Source: Octopus sinensis (lineage: Eukaryota). Taken from it: DNA of 64,000 bases. Positions 51,452 through 64,000 of the stretch are shown here, one piece after another. The position numbers and the translations under genes are program-made. How positions within the stretch are numbered: position 1 is the first letter of the stretch; each line of letters starts with the position of its first letter. The stretch is taken from assembly GCF_006345805.1 (NCBI RefSeq), contig NC_043020.1, positions 62,001 through 126,000 on the forward strand, written 5' to 3'. Below the pieces are notes generated by a model that did not search any database, was not told the origin of the DNA, and saw only the letters and a list, made by a program, of their open reading frames with translations.

Positions 51452-51813
51452 TACTCTTTTACTCTTTTACTTGTTTCAGTCATTTGACTGCGGCCATGCT
51501 GGAGCACCACCTTTAGTACTTATTCTATCGGTCTCTTTTTGCCGAACCGCTAAGTAACGGGGACATAAACACACCAGCATCGGTTGTCAAGCAATGCTAG
51601 GGGGACAAACACAGACACACACATATACATATATATATACATATATACGACAGGCTTCTTTCAGTTTCCGTCTACCAAATCCACTCACAAGGCATGGTCG
51701 GCCGGCCGGGGCTATAGCAGAAGACACTTGCCCAAGATGCCACGCAGTGGGACTGAACCCGCAACCGTGTGGTTGGTTAGCAAGCTACTTACCACACAGC
51801 CACTCCTGCGCCT
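51452..51813 (-). mobile_element. Family A SINE with internal deletion
   Basis: Reverse complement of family A. Confidence 0.8.
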
Positions 51814-52039
51814 TATACATTTTTTTTCCATTTCCAATTTTCTATCGTAACGTTTCCAGCCATGGGGGGAAAAAACCCCACAAAAAAACATCTTGCTTTG
51901 AAGAAGGAAGAATATCTGGCTATAGTTTCTGGCTTCAATGTGATCTGAATAACCTATGGAAGCATGAAAAAGTGGACATTAAAATGATGATGATGATGAT
52001 TATGAGGAGACGTATCATCATCCATATCATATTTACCTC

Positions 52040-52375
52040 CACATTTCCTGTGCCTGTATGGATTAGACAGGTCATCTTCATCACAACATCTCACCATTTG
52101 TTGCATTCCTTTGTCGATCTCCTTGGTGAAATTCAACATCCGGAAATCAGATATCGCCACTTCTGCCCATGTTTTCTTTAATCTTGCTCTTCTGTTGTGT
52201 TCTTTTCACCTAGAAGTCCTACAATTTCATTCATCTGTCGTATATCATATCATGTCAGCACTGGTCAAAGTCATCTCTCTTTCATTCTACCCTGGATTCT
52301 TCTTATACCCGGGTTTTCCTCTCAGCCCACTTGTATCACTTCTCTCATTACTATTGACATTGCACACATTTGTGC
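52040..52375 (-). pseudogene. Decayed RTE LINE ORF C-terminus
   Basis: MCNVNSNERSDTSGLRGK...KKTWAEVAISDFRMLNFTKE resembles RTE WMCNV...LREKLG...RKTWxEVVxxDLRxLNLT. Confidence 0.65.
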
Positions 52376-52522
52376 ATGCACACACCCCCAAGCGTGCACA
52401 CGCACACACAAGGTTCAGCAAGCAGTGAATGTGAAACGTTTTTATATAGTCACGTGCATATATGTACACAGTCTAGCATGGTATGTGGATATAAAACTTG
52501 TGTTTATATAAGCACACATAAC

Positions 52523-52936
52523 TCCACTTGTGAAGACCTGTTGAGGCAAGTGAAAATCAAAATCGAAGAATCAAATCAAATCGAAATCGATCCACATCAA
52601 TGGAATTTGTAGTTTGTGGTACCAGTGCTGGTGGCACATAAGAGAACCATCCGAACGTGGCCGTAGCTAGCACCGCATCGACTAGCCTCCGTGCTGGTGG
52701 CACGTAAAAAACACCATCCGAGCGTTGCCGTTCGCCAGCCTCGTCTGGCACCTGTGTCGGTGGCACATAAAAAGCACCCACTACACTCACGGAGTGGTTG
52801 GCGTTAGGAAGGGCATCCAGCTGTAGAAACACCACCAGATCTGACTGGCCTGGTACAGCCTTCGGGCTTCCCAGACCCCAGTTAAACCGTCCAACCCATG
52901 CTAGCATGGAAAGCGGACGTTAAACGATGATGATGA
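52523..52936 (+). mobile_element. RTE-type 3' end (family C)
   Basis: Homologous to 47080-47555. Confidence 0.75.
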
Positions 52937-53339
52937 TACACATTGATACATTACACAACATATATAAGCATGGCTTTGTACGAGTGTGAGTATGTTCATA
53001 TTTATGCACACACACAGTCTGAATGCGTATATGTGTATGTATAAACACACCCACACATATATAGTATGAGTGTGTATATCTGTTGATATGCATGTGTCTG
53101 TATGCAGACGTTCGTACACACCTTTAAATATAAAGTATCCCATTTTAATAAACATATAATTTGCTGTAAAATCTAAACAATGTTTACACCTGAGGATTTT
53201 TTCTTCCCCTCTTCAGGCAGAATAAGGGAGAGATGAAAATTAAGGTGTAATCACTTCAGTTTTCACAGCAAGACGAAATTGTATGTTTATTAAAATGGTA
53301 TGCTTTATATTTCCAATTATCCTCCAAAAATGGTGTAGT

Positions 53340-53347
53340 GCAATGTG

Positions 53348-53378
<31 letters not shown>

Positions 53379-53494
53379 GGGTGTATGTATTTGTGTATGA
53401 ATATATATAGATATATATTTGGGTGTTGGTGTGTGTGTATATATATATATATGGGTGTGTGTATATATATATAGGTGTATGTATGTGTGTATGA

Positions 53495-53529
<35 letters not shown>

Positions 53530-53686
53530 ATATATATGGGTGTATGTATTTGTGTATGAATAATATAGATATATATTTGGGTGTTGGTGTGTGTGTATAT
53601 ATATATATATATATGGGTGTGTGTATATATATATAGGTGTATGTATGTGTGTATGAATATATATATATAGATATATTTGGGTGTTG

Positions 53687-53718
<32 letters not shown>

Positions 53719-53965
53719 GGGTGTGTGTATATATATATATGGGTGTATGTGTGTATGAATATATATATATAGATATATTTGGGTGTTGGTGTGTGTGTCT
53801 ATACATATATGGGTGTGTGTATATATATATGGGTATATGTGTGTGTGTATATATATATATACATATGGGTGTATTTATGTGTGTATGTGTGTGTATATAT
53901 GTATAGGTGTATGTATGTATATATGAATATATATGTGGGTGTATGTGTGTGTGTGTGTGTGTTGG
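53340..53965. repeat. Higher-order compound microsatellite array
   Basis: Recurring tatgaatatatatagatatatatttgggtgttggtgtgtgtg blocks between (TA)n/(TG)n. Confidence 0.85.
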
Positions 53966-54644
53966 TATGTATATACTTTTTCTGAGATTGAAGCGAAGCA
54001 TCTGCGTTATTATTCAAATTGTTGTCTGTACATTTATATTCATCATCATCATCACACATTCATATTTAGTCACACACACGCACTCACACTCTCACACACA
54101 GTCAGGACATATTTAATGATTATATTAGCTATTAATATGTTTATCAATTATTCAATCTTAAAATATCTTGATGTCATCACTACATGTAACAAGATTTCAA
54201 AATTCAATTAGCTCCACATAAACATTAATTGTTATGAAACCAAACATTATTACTAAGTATATATTACAATAGTCAGTTTGTATTTTATACTTGCAATATT
54301 CTATAAATTATTTTATTCATTATTAAGATTTTAGATTTTTATAACTTTTTCTCTAAGCATTTAATTTTATTGTTCCGACAGCATTTTTTATATTTTTGCA
54401 TAAATTTTTCCCTTTTTTCATTACTATTTTTAATATTAAATTTCGAGATAATTTGCTTGAATTATTGAATCAGGTTTTTACAAATTGATGCCCTCCCTAA
54501 TGCTAAGTTATGAAGCAAGAATTCTTTTTCAGCTTCAATGGGCAAGTATAGCAAATTTATGTGCTATTTTGTGAGTTGAAAACCATAATTTCTGTTGTCG
54601 GTATTTCAACATTTAAAAGCATTTAGCTAACATCACATTATTAC

Positions 54645-55063
54645 TTTTCTCTTTCTCTCTTCTCTTTTACTTGTTTCAGTCATTTGACTGCAGCCATGCT
54701 GGAGCACCGCCTTTAGTCGAGCAAATCGACCCCGGGACTTATTCTTTGTAAGCCCAGTACTTATTCTATCGGTCTCTTTTTGCCAAACCGCTAAGTGATG
54801 GGGACGTAAACACACCAGCATCGGTTGTCAAGCAATGCTAGGGGGACAAACATAGACACACAAACATACACACACATACATATATATATATACATATATA
54901 CAACAGGCTTCTTTCAGTTTCTGTCTACCAAATCCACTCACAAGGCATTGGTCAGCCCGAGGCTATAGTAGAAGACACTTACCCAAGATGTCACGCAGTG
55001 GGACTGAACCCAGAACCATGTGGTTGGTAAGCAAGCTACTTACCACACAGCCACTCCTGCACC
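54645..55063 (-). mobile_element. Young family A SINE
   Basis: Reverse complement of family A. Confidence 0.85.
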
Positions 55064-55189
55064 TTTCTGTTTATCTTTTACTTGTTTCAGTTATTCAACT
55101 GTGCCCAAGCTGGTGCACCACTTTGAAGGATTTAGCTCAGTATTTCTCTACCATTTTTTACCTCTTAAAATGTTACCTTTTTGAGTCCT

Positions 55190-55420
55190 ACCAACTCAGT
55201 CTCATGGTGTATATATTCCCAGTTTCATGGCATATACATTCCTCACCTGGATGGGATGCTAGTCCATCACAGGATTACTCATTCTTGCCAGCTGAGTGGA
55301 TTAGAGCAATGTGAAATGAAGTGTTTTGCTCAAGAACACAGTGCATTGCCTGGTCCAGGAATCAAAACCACAATCTTATGGTCATGAGTCCAACACCCTA
55401 AACACTAAATCACACACCTT
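55190..55420 (-). mobile_element. Older V-domain-like SINE
   Basis: Minus strand gatggactagcatcccatccagg core and degenerate tRNA head. Confidence 0.55.
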
Positions 55421-55993
55421 GACTTTGTGCCAATATTGGGTTAAAATAAAAAAAAAAGTCAAAGGTTACCCATGGAGCTCAAACCAACATCTGTAAGCAC
55501 TACAAGCACTCTACCACATCCACACACACACACACGATGAGTTTCCACTCAGTTTCTTTCTAATAAATTTAATTACAAGGCATTGAATGGCCTGGGGATG
55601 CTGTGCAGTGGAACTGAACCCGAAACCATGTAGTTCCAAAGCAAGCTTCTTAACCACACAGCCATGCCTTCACCTATATTTAGTGAGTTGAAAACCATAA
55701 CTTTTGCAGTCGCTCGTCTGACATTTAAAGCATTTAGCCAACATTGCATGCTTTTTTTTGTTTTTTTTTATCATTATTCGAATTTGTCTTTCCTTTTTAT
55801 GTTTATATCCATTTTTTTTTATATTTTTGCTTCTAAAACCAACCAGTGACTGTATTTTCTCCAACCATTTAATTTAAAACAAAAACGAAATAATATGGCT
55901 TAGCCAGAGTAGGAAGGACAGTTAGTGGTTCATAACTTTTTTTTTTTACCGGGTCTCAAAGACTAGCAGAAGAAGCAGAGAGCGGGGGTGGAG

Positions 55994-56030
<37 letters not shown>

Positions 56031-56459
56031 CCTCCTGTAGGAAGTTGCGCAATACAATATTATTGAGTTATCCACAACCCTGGTGTGAATGCTCACAACA
56101 CAGTGGACTTCACTAATGGCATGCTACCAACCAGTTTACTATATGGAAAAATTTTAATTAAAATATTTGTTTATGGTGTGTGTGCCTGATCAGGTGGATG
56201 AATTTTTTTTTTTTTCTTTCCGAATTTGAATATTTGCATCCTGATAAAGCAGTTGTTTTTATGGTTGGTTAACTCTTCTACTCCCATCCATTTAATGTGA
56301 ATAAAGTGAAGGGGCAGTGGTGGTGGTGGTGGTGGTGGTGGTGGTGGAGTAACTTGTTGCCAGCCTAGAAAATTTTGGTAAGCTGTTACGTGCCAAGTTG
56401 GAACCAATATCTTTTCTCCAAAATTTCTAATGTATTTCGTGTTAGAGATGCATATACGT

Positions 56460-56885
56460 CACAGATTCCTATTCCTGCTCTCTAAGAAATCTTCAATTAA
56501 GGATTAGCAGAATCATTATCATATACATCACAGATTCCTATCCTTTCTCTCTAAGAAATCTTCAGTTTTATAAGGATTAGCAGAATCATTAGCATATACA
56601 TCACAGATTCCTATCCCTGCATTCTAAGAAATTTTCAGTTTTATTAGGATTAGCAGAATCATTAGCATATACATCACAGATTCCTATCCTTGCTCTCTAA
56701 GAAATCTTCAGTTTTATTAGGATTAGCAGAATCATTAGCATATACATCACAGATTCCTATCCTTGCTCTCTTAGAAATCTTCAGTTTTATTAGGATTAGC
56801 AGAATCATTAGCATATACATCACAGGTTTCTATCCTGCTCTCTAAGAATTCTTCAGTTTTATTCTTAAGATTGGCAGAGTCATTT
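56460..56885. repeat. Minisatellite, about 6 copies of a 73-bp unit
   Basis: cacag-unit starts at 56460, 56529, 56602, 56675, 56748, 56821. Confidence 0.95.
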
Positions 56886-57654
56886 ATTCTGGTTCTATAT
56901 GTCCAAACTTTAAATCCTGCCAGTGTAAACATTGCCCTTCATCCTTTTCCAAACCCAATAAAATATTGACCAAGTACTTACTTTGATATAATCAACTGTT
57001 CTCTCCTTCAATTTCTAGCCTCCTGCCTAGATAAGAAATCATTCTGACTCATTACATTCTGAATGCAAATCTTACTGAGGTTCACTTTGATTTTCATTCT
57101 TTTGTGACTGATTCAATGCAGTACCAGTCATCTACTGGGATCAGTATTATTGGCTAAACCCCTTCCTTCAAAATGCTGGCTTTGTGCCAGAATGTCAAAT
57201 CATTCAAAAAGCAGCAACTTGGCAGAACTGTTAAAGTGTTGAAAAAAAGATCGCTTTGTGACATTTCTTTTGGCTCTTTGTCTTTTTTTTTTTTTTTACT
57301 TTTCAGTTTTTAGACTGTGGCCATGCTTCTTTCAGTTTCCGTCTACCATATCCACTCACAAGCTTTTGGATGGCTTGAGGTGGTAGTGAAAGACTCTTGC
57401 CCAAGCTACCACACAGTGGGACTGAACCTGAGACCATGTAGTTGGGAAGCAAGCTTCTTACCACACAGCCACATCTGTAAAGTATCAGCCAAGTAATGGG
57501 ATTGATGTAATCAACTATCTCCCTCTCCTAAAATTTCTGGCCTTGTACCAAAATTAGAAAGACGTCTTTTTCTTAGAATAGTAATAATAATGATAATATT
57601 AGTAATTATAACAATAAAAGAAATCATTATTATAAAGATAAAAGAAATCATTAG

Positions 57655-58020
57655 GGTGGCAAGCTAGCAGAATCATTACAACACCAGGCAAAATGCTTAG
57701 TGGTAGTTCATCTGTCTTTACATATTGAGTTCAAATTCCGCCAAGGTCGACTTTGCCTTTCATCCTTTCAGGGTCGATTAATAAGTACCAGTTATGTACT
57801 GGGGTCGATTTAATCAACTTAATCCATTTGTCTGTCTTTGTTTGTCCCCTCTGTGTTTAGCCCCTTGTGGGTAGTAAAGAAATAGGTATTTCATCTGTCT
57901 TTACATACTGAGTTCAAATTCCACCGAGGTCGACTTTTCCTTTCATCCTTTCAGGGTCAATGATCACTGGGGCCATTGTAATTGACTTACTCTGTTCCCT
58001 GAAATGGATGGCCTTGTTTC
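57655..58020 (+). mobile_element. Family B SINE with tandem second unit (period ~183)
   Basis: Unit restarts after aaagaaatag-gtatttc at about 57886. Confidence 0.75.
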
Positions 58021-59022
58021 AAAATTTGAAATCATTATTATCATTATTATTATTATTATTATTATGAAGGTGGCGAGCTGGCAGAATCATAAGCACACTG
58101 GGTGAAATACTTAGAGGTATTTCGCCTGTCACGATGCTCTGAGTTCAAATTCCACTAAGGTCGACTTTGGCCTTTCATCCTTTCAGGGTCGATAAACCAG
58201 TGAAACACTGAAGTTGACTTAATCAACTAGTCCCCTCCCCAAAATTTCAGGCCTTGTGCCCGTAGTAGAAAGGATTGTTATTATAATTGTTGTTGTTCAA
58301 AAGCGTTATTACTACTGAATGTACTTTATGTACTTAGTTTACATTCAATGTTTTGGTTTGGATTTGGGATTCTCTTTTCTACTGAAAGTATTCTTTACAA
58401 TATGTATGCAAAATGTAGTACTACTTTCTGCATGTTGTGTTTACATGTAAGGTCTAGGGGGTTGGGGTTTATGTATTTGCTCGCATGTTTTTTTTAAATC
58501 ATTCCCCAAGCGCATGTTTTTATAAGAATTGTTTCTCTTTTCAGTCTCCACAGGGTAGTTATCTCATTTTCCATGTTTTTATATTTAAATATTTCAGAGC
58601 TGTATTCACCTGGCGAAGCAATTTGATCTGAGACTGTGTTGAAACTAAAGCAATTACAGTGTGCAAGACACTTAGTAGTCACTCAAAAACACACAAAGAC
58701 TGTTAACTCTGCTTAAACATTTATTGTTTGGTGTCAAAATTTTCATCACACCAAGTGCAACCTGGTCATTCACCCGCCCCACACACATATTGAGAGATAA
58801 TATTTATCCCCACTTAAACATGGATGTTTTATTAGAACAAACTATACTGTGGTTGTTACCATGAGAGAAACTTTCATATTGGCTTTTTGGTGTAAAATGC
58901 ACTCTTTTTGTACCAGAAAACCAGTATGAGAGTTTTTCTCACGGTAACTGTATAGAACATCTACATTTAAGTGGTAATAAATATCTTTCAGTGTCAATAC
59001 TGCCTCGGTCACTTATATATAG

Positions 59023-59452
59023 GTGCAGGCATGGCTGTGTGGTGAGAAGCTTGCTTTCCAACCACATAGTTCCAGGTTCAGTCCCACTGTATGGTACCTT
59101 GGGCAAGTATCCTTTGCTATATAGCCTTGGGCTGACCAAAGCATTGTGAGTGGATTTGGTAGGCAGAAACTGAAAAAAGCCGATCATATATAAATATATA
59201 TATGTCTGTGTGTGTGTGTATTTATGTGTGCTTTTGTGTCAGCTTGCCCCCCCCCCCATTACGTGCCAACTGATGGTGGTGTGTTTATGTCCCCATAACT
59301 TAGCAGTTCAGCAAAACAGATTGATGAAATAAGTACTAGGCTTACAAAGAATAAGCCTTGGAGTCTATTTCTTTGACTAAAGAACCCGTTAAGGCAGTGC
59401 TCCAGCATGGCTGCAGTCAAATGATTGAAACAAGTAAAAGGATAAAAGAGTA
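59023..59452 (+). mobile_element. Family A SINE
   Basis: Head, CORE-like segment and tail present. Confidence 0.8.
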
Positions 59453-59767
59453 ATACACGTTTATGATTGATTTTTTTGATTTTGATTTTTCCAGTTTCAG
59501 CTCATGAGCTGTGGCCATGCTGGGGCACCGCCATTTATATATATATATACACACACAAATGTTATTAAAGATAAATTTCTAAATTTTGGTTGGTAGTGAT
59601 ATAGAATCCAAGTGGATGCTGTAGTCACTTTTACTAGATATTAATATCGCTTAACCTCTGTGAGTGTATAAAAAAACACCAGTTAGTATCATTTACTTAC
59701 CTTAGTCTATCTTCACATCGGTAAATCTATATGTTTCTATAGAGACTGCATTTCTTCCGTAGAGAAA

Positions 59768-60224
59768 ATAATGAATTTATAATAAAGGCGAAAAGAGATT
59801 TATATCCAGTTTTATTCAGCAGTTAATTACTTCTTTTTATTTCTGCACCTACGCACGTTTCTGCAGTAATTAACTAATGCACACTGCAAAATTTGCATCT
59901 TTGTGTGCACTTGTTATTAGTTGCCGCTTTATCAGGGTGGATTCAAATGCATTGTTCAGATAGAATCTAAATTAAATACAAGTGCAGCTGGAATACCCAT
60001 GGTGTTGTCATTGTTCCAATGACAACACCAGTGATTCAATACAATGTGGGTGAATCCACCCTGATGAAGTGGCAACTAACAATAAGTGCACATAAAGATG
60101 CAGATTTTGCAGTGTGCATTAGCTAATTGCTGCAGAAACATGTGTAGGTGTAGAAACTGAAAGAATTAACTGAAGAATAAAACTAGATATAAATATCTTT
60201 TCTCCTTTATTATAAATTCATTAT
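59768..60224. repeat. Imperfect inverted repeat (59768-59945 vs 60051-60224), each arm with a hammerhead-like fold
   Basis: Arms are diverged reverse complements. Confidence 0.85.
60057..60150 (+). ncRNA. Type I hammerhead-like motif with long stem II
   Basis: cacc-CTGATGA-a-gtggcaa...ttgctgc-a-GAAAC-atgt-GTA-ggtg. Confidence 0.55.
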
Positions 60225-60227
60225 ATA

Positions 60228-60776
60228 TTGGGTTGTCCGGAAAGTTCGTGCCGATTTTTAAAGGAAAGAAAAAGGTCAATAAATACTTGCCATTACATTT
60301 TTAATCAACCAAATATGAACCATTTTGTTGCACAATGCGTCTCCATTTTCCCTTTAACTTGAAAATACCTTCTTCCCAGAATTGAGGTGGTTTCATGGCA
60401 AAGAATTCATCAAGGTATCTTTTTACGTCATCCAAGGAATTGAAATTTTTACCATTAAGACTATTCTGCAGAGACCTCAATAAGTGGAAATCCGAAGAAG
60501 CAATATCTGGTGAATATGGAAGGTGAGGTAACACACCCCAGCCGAGCTGCAGCAATTTTTGTCTGGTTCCCAAAGCATTAAGTGCCGAAAATGAACTTTC
60601 TTATCTTCCATTTTAAAGGGTTACAGAATTAACACAGGTTATAGGAACATAAACCTTCTTCCACGAAAAGATAGCATAAACTGTGCTCTAAATATAGGTG
60701 TAGTCAAATCCTATGTTCTAAAATAAGCAGAAAGGTAAGCTACCATAAATCGGCACGAACTTTCCGGACAACCCAA
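60228..60776 (-). mobile_element. Internally deleted mariner transposon
   Basis: 30-bp perfect TIRs ttgggttgtccggaaagttcgtgccgattt, TA TSDs, N-terminal MEDKKVHFRHLMLWE joined out of frame to C-terminal TRQKLLQLGWGVLPHLPYSPDIASSDFHL. Confidence 0.92.
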
Positions 60777-61377
60777 TATATATAATTGTCGATTAGGATT
60801 TATACTTTGATGAGAAACTACTTCCTTTCCTGTTGTCTTTGACAACCATATTCAGCTGATTAATCACGAGCTGTCTGTGTGAATTGTCATATCCCAGGGT
60901 ATGGTCATTTTACGATTTTCTGAGACCTTTACAGGTTACGTTTATACAATATCTTCATGATATTTCATAACACTGGTATAACTTCCAGTTATATTCTGTT
61001 ATGCATGTAAATATACTCTTTCTTGTCTTGAGACAGGACAGCCAGAGACAGCCTGGTTAATCGTTTTTTCCCAACTTACACTTATTTTGCAGTTACTCCA
61101 TATCTTCTGCTTCATTATATCATTTGCTGGTCTCTGGTGATGAGGCATTGATCTTAGGTCACAATTATGAATAATTCTTTTGCCTTATCTTTTAGTCTTC
61201 TGCACCTATACCTTTTCATTTGTTTCAGTCATTGAATTGCAGCCAAACAAATCAACTCAAGTATTTATTTTTTTAAAGTCTGGTACTAACTTTATCATTA
61301 ATTTTTGCCAAACTGCTAAGTTACATGGATATAAACAAACCAACACCAATAGTCAAGCAATGGTGGTAGACAAAGAA

Positions 61378-61440
<63 letters not shown>

Positions 61441-62404
61441 ACAAGCTTCTGCAGTTTCTGTCCAGATTTGCTCACAATGCACTGGTCAGTCTGTGGCTAC
61501 AGTGGTTGACCCTTGCCCAATGTGCTAGGCAGCAGGACCGAACTGAAAACCATGTGGCTGCAAAGCAAGTTGCTTAACCACACAGTCAAACCCATACCTA
61601 TTACAATTTTGTATCTACTTTGCTCAGTTTTTTTTTTTTTTTTTTCCAGTTATTGACCACATAAGGGGATGTTTTTTCTTGCTTTTACTTTCAGCATGGG
61701 CCTTCTGTAAACACATTTTTACTTCAGATTTTAGCCTGTTCATATTTTCTGTTGACATTTCTCCTTTACTTTGCAATCATCTGTTATTTCAGCTTCTGTT
61801 TCGTATTTGTCGGCATCTTTGAAGAGAAAACAGTTGTGGTGTTCATATTTTATAGCTTTTTACATTAGTTTTCTGTTATTCTGACTGAGATATTTTTATA
61901 GCTCTACAGTGGGTATTTCACATTAGTTTTTTTTTTAGTTGCACGAGACACCTACCTACCTACCTCTATATAAGCTAATATCATATTTCTATGTCAGATT
62001 TTGCTTGGGATACTTTATATGCATTCAATATTTCTCATGTTTTACTACTTGCTCTTGCTAATTTATCTAGTATCTTATTGGGAATATTATTATCTCTGGG
62101 ACTATTAAATATTGATAATTTTTGCCTTCCTTTTTTCTTTTGCATTTATCTCTGCTCTAAGTAATAACCTGATTCACCATCATTTAATGTCTGTTTTTTT
62201 CATGCATGCGTGGGTGAGACAAAATTTCGTGTAACCGCATTTCACCTGTTTACAAGCAAGGTGATATTTTCCCCATAGCTAGACATGTTTTACACTGAAA
62301 ATTAGAAATGTACGTACTTGTTTGTATCATGATAACTGCTCATTTACAGCCATCAAGTGATGTCTAGACAAGGCCACACACTCTCGCTCACAAACACACA
62401 TGCT

Positions 62405-62790
62405 TAGGAGTGGCTGTGTGGTGAAGTAGCTTGCTTGCCAACCACATGATTCCGGATTCAGTCCCACCGCGTGACACCTTGGGCAAGTGTCTTCTACTAT
62501 AGTCTCAGGCCGACCAAAGCCTTGTGAGTGGATTTGGTAGACGGAAACTGAAAAGAAGCCCGTTGTATATATGTATGTGTGTGTGTGTGTGTCTGTTTGT
62601 CCGGGTTTGTCCCTCCAACATCGCTTGACGACCGATGGGGTGTGTTTACATCCCTGTAACTTAGCGATTCAGCAAAAGAGACCGATAAAATAAGTACTAG
62701 GCTTACAACGAATAAATTCTGGGGTTGATTTGCTCGACTAAAGGCGGTGCTCCAGCATGGCCTCAGTCAAATGACTGAAACAAGTAAAAA
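62405..62790 (+). mobile_element. Family A SINE
   Basis: Full head-to-tail copy. Confidence 0.85.
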
Positions 62791-63370
62791 AAAAAGAGAG
62801 AGAGATATACTCATGCATTTGCAAACACGCACGCATACACATACACACACAACACACACACACACACATAAATCAATGACAAGCTGCTTTCAGTTTCTGT
62901 TTACCAAACCCACTCACAGTGCTATAGTAGAAGACATTTTCCCAATGTACAGTGGGTTGTAACTTCCCTAGAGCTGATATCCTGTGAAAGGCGCTCAGTG
63001 GTTGGCAATAAGGAAGGGCGTCCAGATGTCAAAAAAAAAACCATACCAAAGTAGGCAAATGAAATCTGGTGCAGTTCCGTGGTTTGTCATCTTTTGTCGC
63101 ACCTTCCAACCCGTGCCAGCATGGAAAGCAAATGTCGAAAGATGATGATGATGATGATGTAATCAAAAATATTCTTGTGAATCTTAGTTACATTTTGCTC
63201 GATATTTCTATTCGTCATCCCCTCCCCCTCTACTCTGGGTTGTACAAAATATTGATTAGCAACACATGTACTTAATATTCCTTGAAGTGAACATTATGAT
63301 GTTAGAGTAATTTTAATATTGTACAAATGAAGTAGCACTGAAAGGGTGAATCTCTATATCAGCGAGAGAG

Positions 63371-63405
<35 letters not shown>

Positions 63406-63950
63406 GGGAGAGGGAGAGAGAGAGAGAGAAGCCTGGTGCATTACTTGTTTGAAAATAAAATTTCATTGAAGATTCCACTTCCAAGCCCCTCTTGCTTTGC
63501 TGACGTTAATGGTCAGATACAGAAGCAATGCGGTTGCCAAAGTGACTGGCACTTGTTCAATTATACATTTATTTGAGGTTTTTAAAGAAATTTTCTCTCA
63601 AGTTCTTCATGACCGGCGATTGAGTTGCCACTTGAACTCCGAAACCTTCAACTGACAAAGATTATGGAACGAGTATGGCGAAGGCGTTGCGTTTTATTTC
63701 AATAAATACTATTAAGATCTGGCAAATGTTCTTGCTGGTGACACAAGAATTGGATACCAAATCTACTTTCGCTTTTCTCTTAGATTGGAGAGAAATTATT
63801 TATTTATTGAAGTTAAAAGAAGAAAAAAAACGTACAAAAATAAAAAAATTACACGCTGTCACTATAAAAATAATTTTAGCTATCAAAGCCAAGTCATAAA
63901 CTTGTACATAAGCACTAGTTATGTAATTTATGCATGTTTAACTTTGTGAA

Positions 63951-63983
<33 letters not shown>

Positions 63984-64000
63984 TATAGAATCTACCTCCG

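Noticed and set aside
6801-54211. Dozens of ORFs rich in [12 protein letters not shown] (for example 8550-9296, 41336-41868, 47530-47951, 53240-54001)
   Set aside because: They are translations of (TA)n/(CA)n/(TG)n microsatellites, which lack stop codons
54533-54570. 38-nt micro-exon LQWASIANLCAI and similar T-rich candidates near 58601, 61106 and 61793
   Set aside because: Hydrophobic look is explained by T-richness; no consistent multi-exon frame could be built
63675-63899. 74-aa ORF after a GA-rich tract
   Set aside because: No recognisable domain or splice structure; window ends before context is available

Overview
AT-rich, extremely repeat-dense eukaryotic genomic DNA. The (TA)n/(CA)n/(GAT)n density and the SINE/RTE repeat types suggest a coleoid cephalopod, probably Octopus (inference, no database search run). 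I find no confidently identifiable host protein-coding gene. Almost all long ORFs in the track are microsatellite translations or repeat fragments. Recognisable content: many copies of several tRNA-derived SINE families, 3' ends of RTE LINEs, one 5'-truncated CR1 LINE, three non-autonomous Helitrons, an internally deleted mariner, piggyBac-type MITEs, a decayed Penelope-like GIY-YIG endonuclease and several minisatellites. The most interesting signal is a set of at least five unrelated short repeat families carrying minimal hammerhead-ribozyme (HHR) folds. One is fully canonical (43411-43453) and sits in an apparently perfect 172-bp inverted repeat. Two multi-copy families carry recurrent core variants (CUGUNGA, CCGANGA), and there is one candidate type II topology. 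These elements often sit in (TA)n and several are associated with fold-back inversions or long target duplications, consistent with a diverse Penelope-like/retrozyme-like population. Boundaries of degenerate repeats are approximate (about +/-10-20 bp). Ribozyme motif, TIR and Helitron-end coordinates were counted directly.
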